Positions 23,888 through 36,123 of a stretch of 64,000 nt of DNA are shown here, piece after piece. Positions within the stretch are counted from its first letter, which is position 1. Every line of letters begins with the position of its first letter. The notes beneath the pieces are model-generated. The model searched no databases. It was given only the letters and a program-made list of their open reading frames with translations, and was not told the DNA's origin. The stretch is taken from contig NC_083228.1 of NCBI RefSeq assembly GCF_032191835.1, positions 111,476,001-111,540,000 on the forward strand. The letters run 5' to 3'. Source of the stretch: Heteronotia binoei. Lineage: Eukaryota. The translations under genes were made by a program, and so were the position numbers.

Positions 23888-24998
23888 CTGTGAGAAGAGA
23901 AAAAGGCATTTTATAAAATTGCATTATGGGGGCAAGTAAAATTATGCACCACAAATAGAAAAGAAAGAATAGAAAATTCAGGTACCACTTTTGGTGGCAG
24001 ACCTGTGTCTGCTATTCAGATCCTCTCTGAAGAAACTTTCTTCCAAGTGAGAGGGGAAGCAACACTTTGCATGACTTTAATGGGCAGTAATTCTTGACTA
24101 GCAGCTGCTCTTTTTCTAGCAGACACCGTTTTCATACAGACTGCTTCCACGCAAGCCACAGAGGAAAGCAATTAAACTTAATAAAGACTACTTATTGTTC
24201 TTGATCTTAAATCTTCTGAGAAAAGTAATTAGGTTTGATAGGATTAGTGGCTTCTGAACATTATGTTGTATATGTGTATCTGTGCTCAGCATTTTAAAGA
24301 TGACTTGCTAGGTTGCTTTTTGTTACGCAAGCGGCAAGGACATTCTTGCACTACAAGAATAACAGTATCTTCAATAATCACTAATTCAACATCCATAAGG
24401 ATTTAATTATGAAGGCTGACATTGAGAGGCAATGTGATGTAAGTGGTTAGAACAGAAATGCTTTCCCCTGCAAAGTTCACTGGTTAGCCATGGTCCAGTC
24501 ATTCTTTCTTATCTGTACTTAGCAGACAGGGTTGTTGTAAGGATCAAAGGGAGAAAGATAAGGACCGACTAGGAAATGTATTTGAGTTGGGCCAGAATTG
24601 CGTGCCTAGAAGGAACTAACGTTCCCAGACATGCTAGCACCCCAATTGGCTTGGGAACAAGATGCAGGGTAAGGAGGGGCTTCTGACAGTTTGACTCATG
24701 CCAAATATATTGTCTAGTTTGATCCCAAGTTCCATGGGCGGGGGTGGTATTAAAACATAATGGATTGGATTCACAGGTAATTTCCACTGACAGAAGGGAT
24801 TTCCACCAGCAAAATGGACTTCCTTGCCATTCTCTCCCACTTCAGCCCCAGAGGGGTGAAGTGACACCAGTGCTTCCCTGACACTCTAGAAAACCATCAA
24901 ATTTCTACAGTATTTTCCTGTCAAAATGACAGCTGTGATTTCTTTGCCCAGGCCCTTCCTCCAAACATCTTCCAGTGAATGGGGTCCTGGCATTCTTT

Positions 24999-25160
24999 AA
25001 AAAGGTAAAGGTAGTCCCCTGTACAAGCAACAGTCATTTCCATTTCTGGGGTGACATCACATTGCAACGTTTTTACGGCAGACTTTTTACAGGGTGGTTT
25101 GCCATTGCCTTCCCCAGTCATCTACACTTTCCCCCCAGCAAGCTGGGTACTCATTTTACC
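24999..25160 (-). mobile_element. 5'-truncated Sauria SINE
   Basis: Reverse complement of the 3' half of 8041-8340, including aaaggtaaaggtagtcccct. Confidence 0.9.
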
Positions 25161-25267
25161 AGGTTATGAGATTGGTGAGGGCCTTCACTCTGCACTATTT
25201 GCGGCTTAACATTTTGTTTTTAGCCAAGCATGTTCCTGGGGTGAGTAATGGGGTGGCTCTATCTCAC
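25161..25267 (+). mobile_element. Isolated Ngaro RNase H fragment
   Basis: VMRLVRAFTLHYLRLNILFLAKHVPGVSNGVA matches 20570-20670 and 41295-41390. Confidence 0.85.
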
Positions 25268-26463
25268 TTATTAGAATATTGAATAAAGTGGCCCAATTTT
25301 ATACCAATATTCTGTGTCTGACTCTTTATTCCGTCCTTGGGGAGCAAAGCTTTTGCTGCCTTGATCATTGCCAATCCACCACCAGGTAAATCTGAGCAAA
25401 GGAAAGGGAGTTCAGAGAATATGGAAGGGACTGCAGGAGCTGGGTGGAGGAGCACCATTGACACCTGCTTTTTTTTTTTTTTTACAACATTCTCTCCAAA
25501 CACTTATTAAAATTTGTTCTAAAGAAAACCTCACAAAGAAAGATTGAGAAAAAATGCAATTCAAAGAGATTTGCTCATATCGCAGATATCACGGAGATCT
25601 CAGCCAGTAGTTCAATTTACAAAAAGGAAAGCGTGAGACAACTGTCATTTAGTTGCAGCACTAATTTGAAAGCATCAAGTGCCTAAATACAAACTTGCCC
25701 ACTTTGAAGTCATTTTGGAGAAAAGACAGATCAAAATTGCCTGTTTTCAAATGGTCCAAAAACCCCTAACTGGAGAAAAAAAAATCAATTGTATTGCCAG
25801 GGCTGTTATCTGTAAGGAATTTCTTTATCATTTCATAGGATTTTTCTTATTATCTTCCTTTCTTTTCTTTTGTACATTTTTTTTTCTTTTGGATGCTCTG
25901 CAAAGGAAAAGGGGTCAGAAACCCAGGACATAGGATTCCATTACTTTGGCTGAAATGTTATTTTAATTTCATTTTACATACTCTTTTCCACTGGGTGATT
26001 TCTTTTCATGTGAGGAAAATCCCAGTTGAGAGAACGTTGTGTGGGAGACTGTTTTTGGAGGATGGTCCTCTGGGAACATACTTCTTCAAAAAAGAAAAGT
26101 CTAGCATAGATGTAACTGCAGGATGCAGAACCTTCCCAAAACAACAGTTTTTTTAAAAAATCCCCTTTAATGTGTTTATGAAGTTTTTGACGGTGGAAGC
26201 ACTTCTGCAGCAGAAACTCAGCTAATTAATTTTGATTGGCAGGAAAATGGCATATTAACTCTGCTGATGTGAAGGATGGCTGGGCTTCAGAGGGTGCGAA
26301 TGGAAGCAAAGAACTGAAGAATAAATTGATTTTTTTTCCCCTTCAAGAAAAAAATACTGCAGAAATAAAACCCATTAGTGTAATAGTTTAATTAAGGTTT
26401 AGTATAAAATCCATGTGCTATTGATGACAGCAAAAGCTTAATGGATTCCATATTAAGCCTTAT

Positions 26464-26604
26464 CTGAAAAAAATGTGCTCTCCAAGCTGAGGAGCCAGAG
26501 GTTCGGGGCAGAGCATGTGTTTTCCATGGAGAAAGGCCCATGTTCAGAGCGCAGGTGGAGGTGCAAAGGCACAGCAACAGGGCAGCAGATCCACCACCCC
26601 ATAG
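26464..26604 (-). pseudogene. Candidate exon with mutated donor (AT for GT)
   Basis: Very strong acceptor ctctctttttctctctttctctgaaatcag; 141-nt open frame LWGGGSAALLLCLCTSTCALNMG...RAHFFQ ending cag/ataagg. Confidence 0.35.
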
Positions 26605-26843
26605 CTGATTTCAGAGAAAGAGAGAAAAAGAGAGAGCCTGTTGTTTCAGCCCCCCCACCCCCACCAGCATTGGCTGTCCGCTCCTTTCCCTCTTCCAGCA
26701 TCTACACTGGGCCACAACCTTTTCCCAGCAATTAAAGCCCAATGAGGTAACCACACCCACTGAGACACATTATATTCTTGTTGTCATGTAGGACATATAT
26801 TGAGTCATAGACTTTGATCAGAAACCAAGCTGCAACTGGCAGC

Positions 26844-27003
26844 CAGGGCCGGCCCTAGACTGTCTGGCACCCTAGGCAAGGCTAACCTCTGGCACCCCCC
26901 CCCCCTGCACTGATAATATCACCAAGTCACATGGGGGGCACCCCCATGAAGTCCAGCACCCCCAGAAGTCCAGTGCCCTAGAAAATTGCCTGGTTTGCCT
27001 AGT
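26844..27003. mobile_element. Partial hAT MITE (cagggccggcc end)
   Basis: Left TIR and repeated gcaccc/gtgcccta subterminal motifs; right end absent. Confidence 0.65.
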
Positions 27004-27462
27004 AACCATTAACAGTGCTGGTTCTTGCAGTAAAACAGCCTTGATTCTTTAGCTGATTCTGGTGGTGGGATGAACACCAGGAGTTTGTAGTTGTCTTTGG
27101 GGTGAAGCTGCAGGAAAAGTGGAATTGCCTTTTCCAACCTGGGGAATTCCTAGAGATTTGGGGGTGAAGTTTTGGGAAGGGAGGGCTTGGGGAGGGAAGT
27201 GATCTCAGTTATATTAACATAGATTCCATCCTCCAAAGCAACCATTTTCTCCAGGGGAACTGATCTCGTAGTCTGAAGACCATTTGTAAATCTAGGAGAT
27301 CTCCACGCCCTGAGAAATGTCCAATTGATTCTAGCAGCTGCTGGACAAAAACAATGGTTTCTGAGGAAAGAAGCCAGTACTTGTATTGTCCAGCCTGCCT
27401 GATGAGATCCTCTTTTGAATCCTGCTTTGCCTGCAGAGGTAAGACAGGAGGTAACTAGGGAT

Positions 27463-28950
27463 TTTTATTATTTATTTATTTCGATTTATATCCCGCCTAC
27501 CCCACCGAAGCGGGCTCAGGGCGGCTTACAACATAAAACTCTAACAATAAATCAGTTTAAAATACATTAATAATTTATACAGTAAAATACATAAAAACAC
27601 ATTTATCAATATACCATGCTACATCTTCCCTAAATGTCGGTTCTTCAAGTATTCCAATGTTCAGATATGCTGATGTTCACGAATTTGAATATTCAGATAT
27701 CGGTCAGTTGTATGCCAACTGGAAGAGGGTTGTCTTACAGGCCCTGCGGAACTGTCCAAGTTTCCGCAGGGCCCTCACCTCCTCCGGGAGCTGGTTCCAC
27801 CAACAGGGGGCTGCAATCGAAAAGGCCCTGTCCCTAGTTGTTTTCAGATGGACCTCCTTTGGCCCAGGGATTGTAAGGAGGTTCTGAGACCCCGATCTCA
27901 GCACTCTCTGGGGAACATGTGGGAAGAGACAGTCCCTAAGGTAGGCAGGTCCTAGGCCATAAAGGGCTTTAAAGGTCATAACCAGCACCTTGTACCGAAC
28001 TCGGTATGCTATCAGCAGCCAATGCAGTCCCCGAAGCCCTGGCTGAATGTGCTCCCATCTAGGGAGCCCTAACAACAGCCGGGCGGTGGCATTCTGCACT
28101 AGCTGTAACTTCCGGGTTTGGCACAGGGGCAGCCCCATGTAGAGGGCATTGCAGTAGTCCAGCCTCGAGGTGACCGTTGCATGGATCACTGTTGCCAGAT
28201 CACCGTTCTCCAGGAAAGAAGCCAACTGCCTTACCCGCCTAAGGTGAAAAAATGCGGACTTGGCGGTGGCTGCTATCTCAGCCTCCATAGTTAAAGTAGG
28301 CTCCAATAGCACTCCCAGGCTCCTGACCCTGTGCGCTGTTGTCAGAGGCACACCGTTGAGGGCTGGTAAGGGAATCTCCCTCCCCGGACCACGGCGACCC
28401 AAGCAAAGGACCTCTGTCTTTGCTGGATATAGTTTCAATCCGCTCAGCCTGAGCCATCCAGCCACGGCTTGCAACGCCAGGTCCAGGTTTTCTGGGACAC
28501 AGGCCGTCCGTCCGTCCATGAGTAGATAGAGCTGGGTGTCATCAGTGTACTGATGCCAACCCAGCCTGTATCTCCGAGCAATCTGGGCAAGGGGGCGCAT
28601 GTAGATGTTGAACAACATCGGGGAGAGCACTGCCCCCTGAGGCACCCCGCAATCAAGCGGGTGCCTCCGGGACAGTTCGTTCTCAATCGCCACTCTTTGT
28701 CCCCGACCCTCAAGGAAAGAGGTCAGCCATTGTAAAGCCAACCCCTGAATCCCCACATCGGTGAGACGGCAGGTCAGCAACCGATGGTCAACCGTATCGA
28801 ACGCTGCCGATAGGTCTAACAACATCAGTACTGCCGAGCCACCTCGATCCAGATGCCGCTGAAGATCATCCACCAGGGCAACCAGCACTGTCTCTGTCCC
28901 ATGACCCGGGCGAAAGCCCGATTGGTGGGAGTCGATTGGTGGGAGTTTTT
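27463..28950 (-). mobile_element. 5'-truncated L2-clade LINE
   Basis: RT ORF, AT-rich 3' UTR, end tgtaagccgccctgagccc...gcgggatataaat plus (aata)n tail. Confidence 0.95.
27704..28935 (-). CDS. L2 reverse transcriptase (N-truncated, stop-free)
   Basis: QSGFRPGHGTET, LLDLSAAFDTVDH, GVPQGAVLSP, YTDD (YADD variant), SRLDYCN. Confidence 0.93.
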
Positions 28951-29317
28951 CAACAGTGGTGCCTTGCCTTTTGAATGCCATCCTCCTTGAGGCTTGACTG
29001 ATGCCTACCTTACTTTCCTTTAGGTGCCAGGCCTAAACATTCCATGTTCCCAGGCTTTTGACTAAGGGTGTTTAATCCTTTTAGCTGTTTCATGGCATCA
29101 TTTTAGACTTTCTATGTTTTGTGTTAAATGTGGAGGAGTTTATGACCTGGTTTGTTTTTAATGGGCTGTTTTACTGGCTGTTTTTAATGGTCGTGCTTTA
29201 ATGGTTTTGTGGTATTGTTTTAGTTGTAATTAGAGGTGCTGATGTGGGTGGGGTATCTCCTGCCTTCAGCTCCCAGAAAAACAACTTTAAAAAAAAGGCT
29301 ATTGGGCCTATGGCATA

Positions 29318-29588
29318 CAGGCTTGCCAAGTCTTCTGTGCTCTGCCTATTGTACCATAGAGTTTCCCTCCCAAATGGCTAGAGCATCTGGGAAAACCATA
29401 GAGTTTTCCCAGAAACACCTAGAGTGGCTGCCATGTGATGTCGCCGGCGTGATGACATCACTTCCAGGTGTTATCATCGCACCAACGACATAGGGCGAGG
29501 TTGCCCCCAATGGCCCAATGTGGGTCAGTGGGTTGGGAACCTCCTGTGTGGGGAAACCCCCACCCGGACCGGGGACTTGGCATCCCTA
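29318..29588. mobile_element. hAT MITE (caggcttgcca / tggcatcccta ends)
   Basis: Perfect 8-bp TSD atggcata; related decayed copies at about 13330-13570 and 14150-14340. Confidence 0.8.
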
Positions 29589-30568
29589 ATGGCATAACGT
29601 CACTTCTAGGGAAAACCCAAAAGTAGTCACACCTCTAGGGATTGTTGGGAACTCTGTGGTATAACCAATGCCCCTGGTATCCTACTAGCTGTCAGTTGTG
29701 ATCCCCCTTGAGCAGTTTTCTGGAGATGTGGCATTATAAATATTCCAAATCAATAACTGAAAAGTTGAATATTCCCCAAAGGTGTAGTTTTAAAAAGCAC
29801 ACACACAGCTGTGAGGAGCTGAGGAGAAAGCCTTGTGCTTTGGCCTTCTCATAAATAAACTTCCCCCAACACACACAAAAACTTCTTCTCAGTAAGTATC
29901 TTTTCCATGAGAAAAATTCTGGTTTCTAGCAGAATTAGGCAATATGGGTTATTTTCAGTCCCTAGTGCTTTCATTTCTAAGAGGCAAATCATATGGCATA
30001 TTTAGCTACAAAATATTCATAATACTAAATGGCTAAATATGTGGGTGGCACTGCCAACTCTGAATGGTGCATGATCAGGCTTCTGTGGAACAACCAAAAT
30101 GTCATTGAAAATCAAGCAGCAGCATATCCACAAGCCCATGTCAATGGCCACCTAAGGCAAAGCACTAGAGTTGTAACCTGATATTTTAAAGAGACTCACG
30201 AAGGAGCTAGCAAGACTTCTGGCTGGAGCTTCCAAGGTTGGTGGCACTGCAAAAAAGTGCCCTATGATCAAAAGAGGTAGTAGCTTTGATCACTTACAAA
30301 TTGTGTAAGTCTGAACTGTGTACACTACACACACTCTTCCTTACAGTCATGACACAAGCATCCATCTTTATCTGCATACTATGATGATGTTACTTAGATC
30401 AATGTGACTGCTCTTGTCATTTGGGGGCAGGGAGGGCCTCATCACCACATTGCAGATCCATCAGAACCTGCAGGTATACTCCTAATCTGCAACTTGAATG
30501 TAAATTTGATTGCCATGGCTTGCCCCAGGGTACCCTGAGCTTTGTAAACTGAGAGCATGTTGAAAAAT

Positions 30569-30792
30569 TAGGGTTGCCAGTCCCCAGGTGGGGCCTGGAG
30601 ATCTCCTGCTTTTACAACTGATCTCCAGCTGGCAGAGATCAACTCCCCTGGAGAAAATGGCTGCTTTGAAGAGTGGACTCTATGGCATTGTGCCATGCTG
30701 AGGTCCCTCCCCTCCCCTCCCCAAACCCTTCCCTTTCCCAGCTCTACTCCCAAAGTCCCCGGGTATTTTTCAACATAGACCTGGCAACCCTA
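30569..30792. mobile_element. MITE with perfect tagggttgccag TIRs
   Basis: tagggttgccag...ctggcaacccta; TSD not clear. Confidence 0.8.
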
Positions 30793-30884
30793 AAGATCCC
30801 TATCCCATCTCCTCACAGTTCTGTGGCTGTTTGTGGACTTGAGCAAGGTAACATCACAGCCAGGCATAAAATTATTAGTATAGG

Positions 30885-31062
30885 TTGGGCTTTTTTGTAG
30901 CAGGAACTCCTTTGCATATTAGGCTACACCCCTCTGATGTGGCCAATCCTCCAAGAACTTACAGGGTTCTTCTTACAGGGCCTACTGTAAGCTCTCAGAA
31001 GATTGGCTACATCAGGGAGCTGTAGCCTACTATGCAAAGAAGTCCCTGCTACAAAAGCCCTG
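30885..31062. mobile_element. Foldback hAT-type MITE
   Basis: Palindrome; perfect 8-bp TSD agtatagg. Confidence 0.9.
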
Positions 31063-32391
31063 AGTATAGGTAGTCAGACTCATGGGAACCATTCAGATTT
31101 GCAGAGCCAGCTTGCGATATCACCATTTGATGAACAATATATCAAAAGAGAACTTATCAGCATCAGTCAATGTCATCCAAACGTATCTAATGACTATGAG
31201 TAATGCTTATTTTTTGCCTGTCTGTACGTGTTGCTTCTATGCACCAAATTTGTACCCAGTAAGGGAGTATTCGCTTCCAATGTATCTGTTTAGGTCTTGG
31301 ATATATTTACTGCTTTGGCACTGGCTGACTCTAAAATTGGGAAAATCATTACTCTCAAAGAGAAAAGGATGAATGCCAAAGCATGAGCTCATTTTTAAAA
31401 AGACTTACGGCACATCCCTAGCACCAAAGAAGTGTCACACAAAGAACAAATAAGGAAGGTGGATGTAAATATTGAGTGCAGCATATATTAAATTGTCAGC
31501 CAAATAAATAAAGCCCCGTAAGCAGAAAAAAAGATCAAGACACTACGGTACAGATTGTTTTCTTCACCTAACCCAACCCAAATTAACACATTTATAGTAT
31601 ATCTGGTCAAAACAGTGGCATAAAACTTCTAGAGCTGGAGAAAGTAAAACCGTGAAGAACCACAGTATCCCTTTTCAGACAGTCTGAGGACTGGGGAATA
31701 ATGAATGTACAAAAAAGAGGTTGGAGAATTTCAAGCTCTGCCCTTAATCTATAGGAGTTCACTGGAATGCTTATTTAGATCAGTGGTTTGGATCCAAAGA
31801 TATGCAAGCGGAAACATAATGCGGCTTAGCAAAAGATCATGTGCAACACCTAGAACTTTCCTCCCCATATATTATAGTGCCCAGAAACTGGGTACCCAAA
31901 ATGTTGTGTAAGAGGAACCACTATTGGGAATACAAGACGTCTGACAATATGAGTGGCATCCAGTGCAATGGGGGTTTTTTTGCATTTCCTCTTGCACAAG
32001 AACACTAGCAGAAGAGGAAATTATTCATTGGATCCAATCCTATATCTGCATTTATGTTTATTTACTTTATAGTTTGCAGACCTCAGATTCAGCAGGAGCT
32101 TGCAGGAGCACAGCTCCTGAACCTTTCTGAGGGTTCCCCCTCTTTCTCCCCACCTACCTTGTCCATTGAATGGTAGGTGCAGCTGCATAACAATCCCTTG
32201 ATTAGGAAAGTGGGTTAGGAGAGAGAAAATAATTAAAAAAATTAAAAAGCATAATACACACCATACCATAAACAATGCAAAAGCAGATTATGAGAGTTGA
32301 AAACAATTCAGTAAAATTGATAATATGCACAAAACAGAATGCAATAAACTAAATTTGGGGGTTTGGACCTAGGAGACAGTGTGCTAAGCAG

Positions 32392-34619
32392 TAGGGATGT
32401 GCATTCGGTTCGGCCGAACCGTATTTCCAGCCGAATCAGCACTGATTCGGCTCCATACGGAATAGGCTGAAGCCGATTCCCATAGGCGCCCATTATACGG
32501 GAGCCGAATAAGGCTTCCCGCATACTTACGAATAGCTATTCGTAAGTATGCGGCTGTCAATTCTAAAGGCGGCAAATTAGCTTCTGCAGCTTCAAAGGAG
32601 CTGCTTGCCTAATTTCGCGCCTTTAGTGGCCTCTTCCCGCCTCTCCCTGGGATCAGGGAGGGGGGGGAGGGGGAAGAGGAGCCCCAGCAGCCAATCCAAA
32701 GCATGCATTTGCAAAATGCATTGCAAATGCATGCTTTGAAGGGCTTTTTAAGGAGTCTTCTTTCCTGGCTTCTGCTGCCTGCAGCTCTCTCACTCAGCCT
32801 TACCCCTGGACTAGAGAAGACAAGGTAAGACACTCTTGGGGTTCTTGTTTTTATTTATTGTTGGTAAAAGGACTTTTTTTAAGACTTAGAGACCCTTTAC
32901 TTATCCAGATTTGGGTGGTGGGGGGGTAGCTTATTTGGGGGTTTCTGCTTGGGGAGGGGGCCTGGGGTGGGGGGGTTTTTGCCAATTTGCCCATATCTTA
33001 ATTTAGTGAGAGGACTTTTAAAAGTGCAGTGTCCTTTTACTTCTCCTGATTTGGGTGGCTTGGATCTCTTGGGGTTAGGGTGAAGTGTTTCTTTGGGGAG
33101 GGGTTTGCAAAGTTCCTGTATTGTTAAAAGTTAATTTTTTACTGTTTTAAAAGTATTCAGTGTTTGATTTGTTGCTGCTGTCACTCTTTTCTTTGGGTTC
33201 TTGGGGGGGTGCTGTTTGGCCTAATTTCCATTGTTTAAAAGGCCACTTTTGTCCACCTTTTCCTGGTCTGGTTTTAAGGGGGGGGGGGTGTTGTTGACTT
33301 ATTTGGCCTGAGCTTTCTTGTTGGTGAAAAGGCCACTTTTTTAACACTTGGCCTTTTGTGATTCTGCTGGTTTTGTTTTGGTTTTTTTAAATTGCCTCTG
33401 GTTGGTGTGGGGGTTGTGAGGGTGTGTGTGGGCTGGGTCACTTTCTTGTTTTTATAGAGTAGATTGTGTGTTCTGTGGCAGGGAAGCTGGCACCTGGGTG
33501 AGAGACCCAGAACCAGCAGGTTTGTTGTGGTTGGCCAGGTCTCCCCGTGTTGTTTGGGGCAGGGCTGGAGAGCTGGCATCTGTAGATTGTGTGTTCTGTG
33601 GCAGGGAAGCTGGCACCTGGGTGAGAGACCCAGAACCAGCAGGTTTGTTGTGGTTGGCCAGGTCTCCCCGCGTTGTTTGGGGCAGGGCTGGAGAGCTAGC
33701 ATCTGGGTTTGCTGCAGCCAGGTCTGCAGAGCAGACCTTGAGCAGATTGTGTTTTGTGTGGCAGTGATATTGCAACTGGGTTTTATATTGCTTCCAGGCC
33801 TGCTCTGCAGGGTTCATAGAGTAGATAGAGGGATGTAGTGCATTTGGGTCCTATAGAGATTCTCTGATGTGGTTAGGTTTGGCTTTGGGTGCCCCAGGAA
33901 TTGGACCCCCTGGTCCAATTTTTTTTGGCCTTGTGGGTTTTGTGTGGGACAGTGCCCTGAAGCTGCACAGCAGTTTGGGGGGCTCTCCTCAAAACCCCCT
34001 GCTCCCCCAGAGCCACTTTTCCCACGACAATTACAGTGAGGAAGTGGCTAATTGGGCTTTCCCCATCATTGTTAGCAATGGGCCTTTTGGAGAGCCCAAA
34101 GACAGGGACCCCCTGGCCCAATCATTTTGGGACTTGGGGGGGTCGGAGGGGAGAGTCCCCTGCAGGTCCCCTGCAAATTTGGGGGCTCTCCCTCAAACTC
34201 CCTGCCCCCCAGTAGCCTCTAATTATGCCCTATGTTGCCATTGATTTCAATGGCCCATAGGGTATAATGATGGAATAGGGGCACCCTCTTTGGGTGCACC
34301 TGGAATGGGATCCCCTGGCCCAATCTTTTTGGGACTTAGGGGGCTTGGAGGGGAGAGTCCCCTGCAGGTCCCCTGCAAATTTGGGGGCTCTATCTCGAAC
34401 CCCCTCCCCTCCATGCGGCTTCAAATATACCCTATTTGCCATTGATTTCAATGGCCCATAGGGTATAATAGGGCCGTATATTCGGTAATAGCCGTGCATC
34501 TACCGTATATGCGGCTATTCCGAATGCGGTATTCAGGAGTATACGGGGATTCCGAATTTTTCTCCCCCGTATACTTCCGAATCCGTGTTAATCCAAATTT
34601 TTTTTTTTGCACATCCCTA
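32392..34619. mobile_element. Non-autonomous hAT element, 2.2 kb
   Basis: Perfect TIR tagggatgtgca; 8-bp TSD ctaagcag; dense ccgaat/attcgg subterminal motifs at both ends; no transposase. Confidence 0.95.
33460..33702. repeat. 123-bp tandem duplication inside the hAT element
   Basis: Units start at 33460 and 33583 (tagattgtgtgttctgtggcaggg...); nearly identical. Confidence 0.95.
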
Positions 34620-34899
34620 CTAAGCAGCTCTGTATTTGCATTATCACTACCTGTTCTACATGTTCCAAATGGCACTATGCTTTTACAACCACAGGCTACA
34701 TTTGCTCCTGCTCAATGACAATGAAATCCTAAACAAAGTTATACCCTTCTAAATCCATTGAGATCCATGGGCTTAGAAAGGTGCAGCTCTGTTTAAATAC
34801 TGTACTATCAGAGGACTATATTTTGTAGATCACCAGAGAAGGTAGCATATATGGTTGAGTCATGAAAATGACCTGAATATCAAGCACGGGATAACTTAC

Positions 34900-34981
34900 A
34901 GTTCATTTATGCAATGTATCCATCTGCACAAGCACAAGGAAGGCAGTCCTTTCTGTGTCTGTGCAGGCAGAGGTACAGTGG
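34900..34981 (-). pseudogene. Cys-rich candidate exon (TNFR-repeat-like?), frameshifted
   Basis: Good acceptor (...cctaatcgcctatag) and donor act/gtaagt; HCTSACTDTE then KDCLPCACADGYIA in another frame. Confidence 0.25.
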
Positions 34982-35086
34982 CTATAGGCGATTAGGAGGT
35001 GATAGAGAAAAACATAAAAGCCAATTAAAACATACAACAGCAGATTAACAGTGAGGAACCTATATGCATTGGAATATTCTCCTACC

Positions 35087-35258
35087 CAGGGGTGGAATTC
35101 TAGCAGGAGCTCCTTTGCATAGTAGGCCACACACCCCTGATGTAGCCAATTCTCCTGGAGCTTACAAGGCTCTTTTTTTGTAAGCTCTTGGAGGATTGGC
35201 TACATTAGGGGTATGTGGCCTAATATGCAAAGGAGCTCCTGCTAGAATTCCAGCCTTG
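35087..35258. mobile_element. Foldback hAT-type MITE
   Basis: Palindrome; perfect 8-bp TSD ctcctacc. Confidence 0.9.
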
Positions 35259-35432
35259 CTCCTACCTACATGTTAATATGATAAAGTCACCAGAGGAAGA
35301 CATGGGCAAAGACATAATAAGGATTATGATCCACTTATGAATAAATAACACAGTAACTTCAAAATACATTCCCTTGTTAATCACTCATCCATTACTATGG
35401 CACAGGTGTTGCTATTTAGCATAAGAGAGTAC

Positions 35433-35650
35433 CTTTCCAGATTGTAATGTAGGTTTTTTCAAGGTCTCTGAAAAATATTCATTTTATACTCTGTGCAATA
35501 TTTCTTTATCATTTTAATCAATTTAAAAGGCAGTATTTCTGATTCAGCTGACTTGGATTGTTTTTAAAACTAATTTTCTTTTCTTTTCTGCCTTCGTCAC
35601 TGCAAGAGCTGAAATGTGATCTGAATATACTTTCAAATCCCATCTACAAA
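35433..35650 (-). pseudogene. Degraded candidate exon
   Basis: Acceptor ttattttatcttcag, donor aag/gtactc; GFESIFRSHFSSCSDEG...EILPFKLIKMIKKY with stops. Confidence 0.35.
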
Positions 35651-35842
35651 CTGAAGATAAAATAATAGGATTCACTGAAAGATAGAAAGTGTCATGGCCA
35701 CCATACACCAAACGGGTACCTTCACAGTTGTGACTGGCTTAAGCCACTCTGTGGTTTTTCATGCCTTTTGAAGATACAGTATTAAAACATGCATCTTATT
35801 CATCAGTTTGCTAGTCATGTAGTAAAAAGGAATAAAATAAAA

Positions 35843-36123
35843 GAAGAAGATAGAAGATATTGGTTTTATATCTCGCCCTCCACTCCGAAGAGTCTCAGAG
35901 CGGCTCACAATCTCCTTTACCTTCCTCCCCCACAACAGACACCCTGTGAGGTGGGTGGGGCTGAGAGAGCTCTCACAGCAGCTGCCATTTCAAGGACAAC
36001 CTCTGCCAGGGCTATGGCTGACCCAAGGCCGTTCTAGCAGGTGCAAGTGGAGGAGTGGGGAATCAAACTCGGTTCTCCCAGATAAGAGTCCGCACACTTA
36101 ACCACTACACCAAACTGGCTCTC
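35843..36123 (-). mobile_element. Squam3-like (MIR-derived, L2-tail) SINE
   Basis: Head agccagtttggtgtagtggttaag, 3' end ggagggcgagatataaaa plus (ttc)n tail. Confidence 0.9.

Noticed and set aside
32400-32560. Spaced ccgaat/attcgg repeats as a CRISPR-like array
   Set aside because: Irregular short subterminal motifs of a hAT element in a vertebrate; no cas genes.
33274-33838. ORFs with a 41-aa repeat
   Set aside because: By-product of the 123-bp tandem inside a non-autonomous hAT; open in several frames with no domain similarity.
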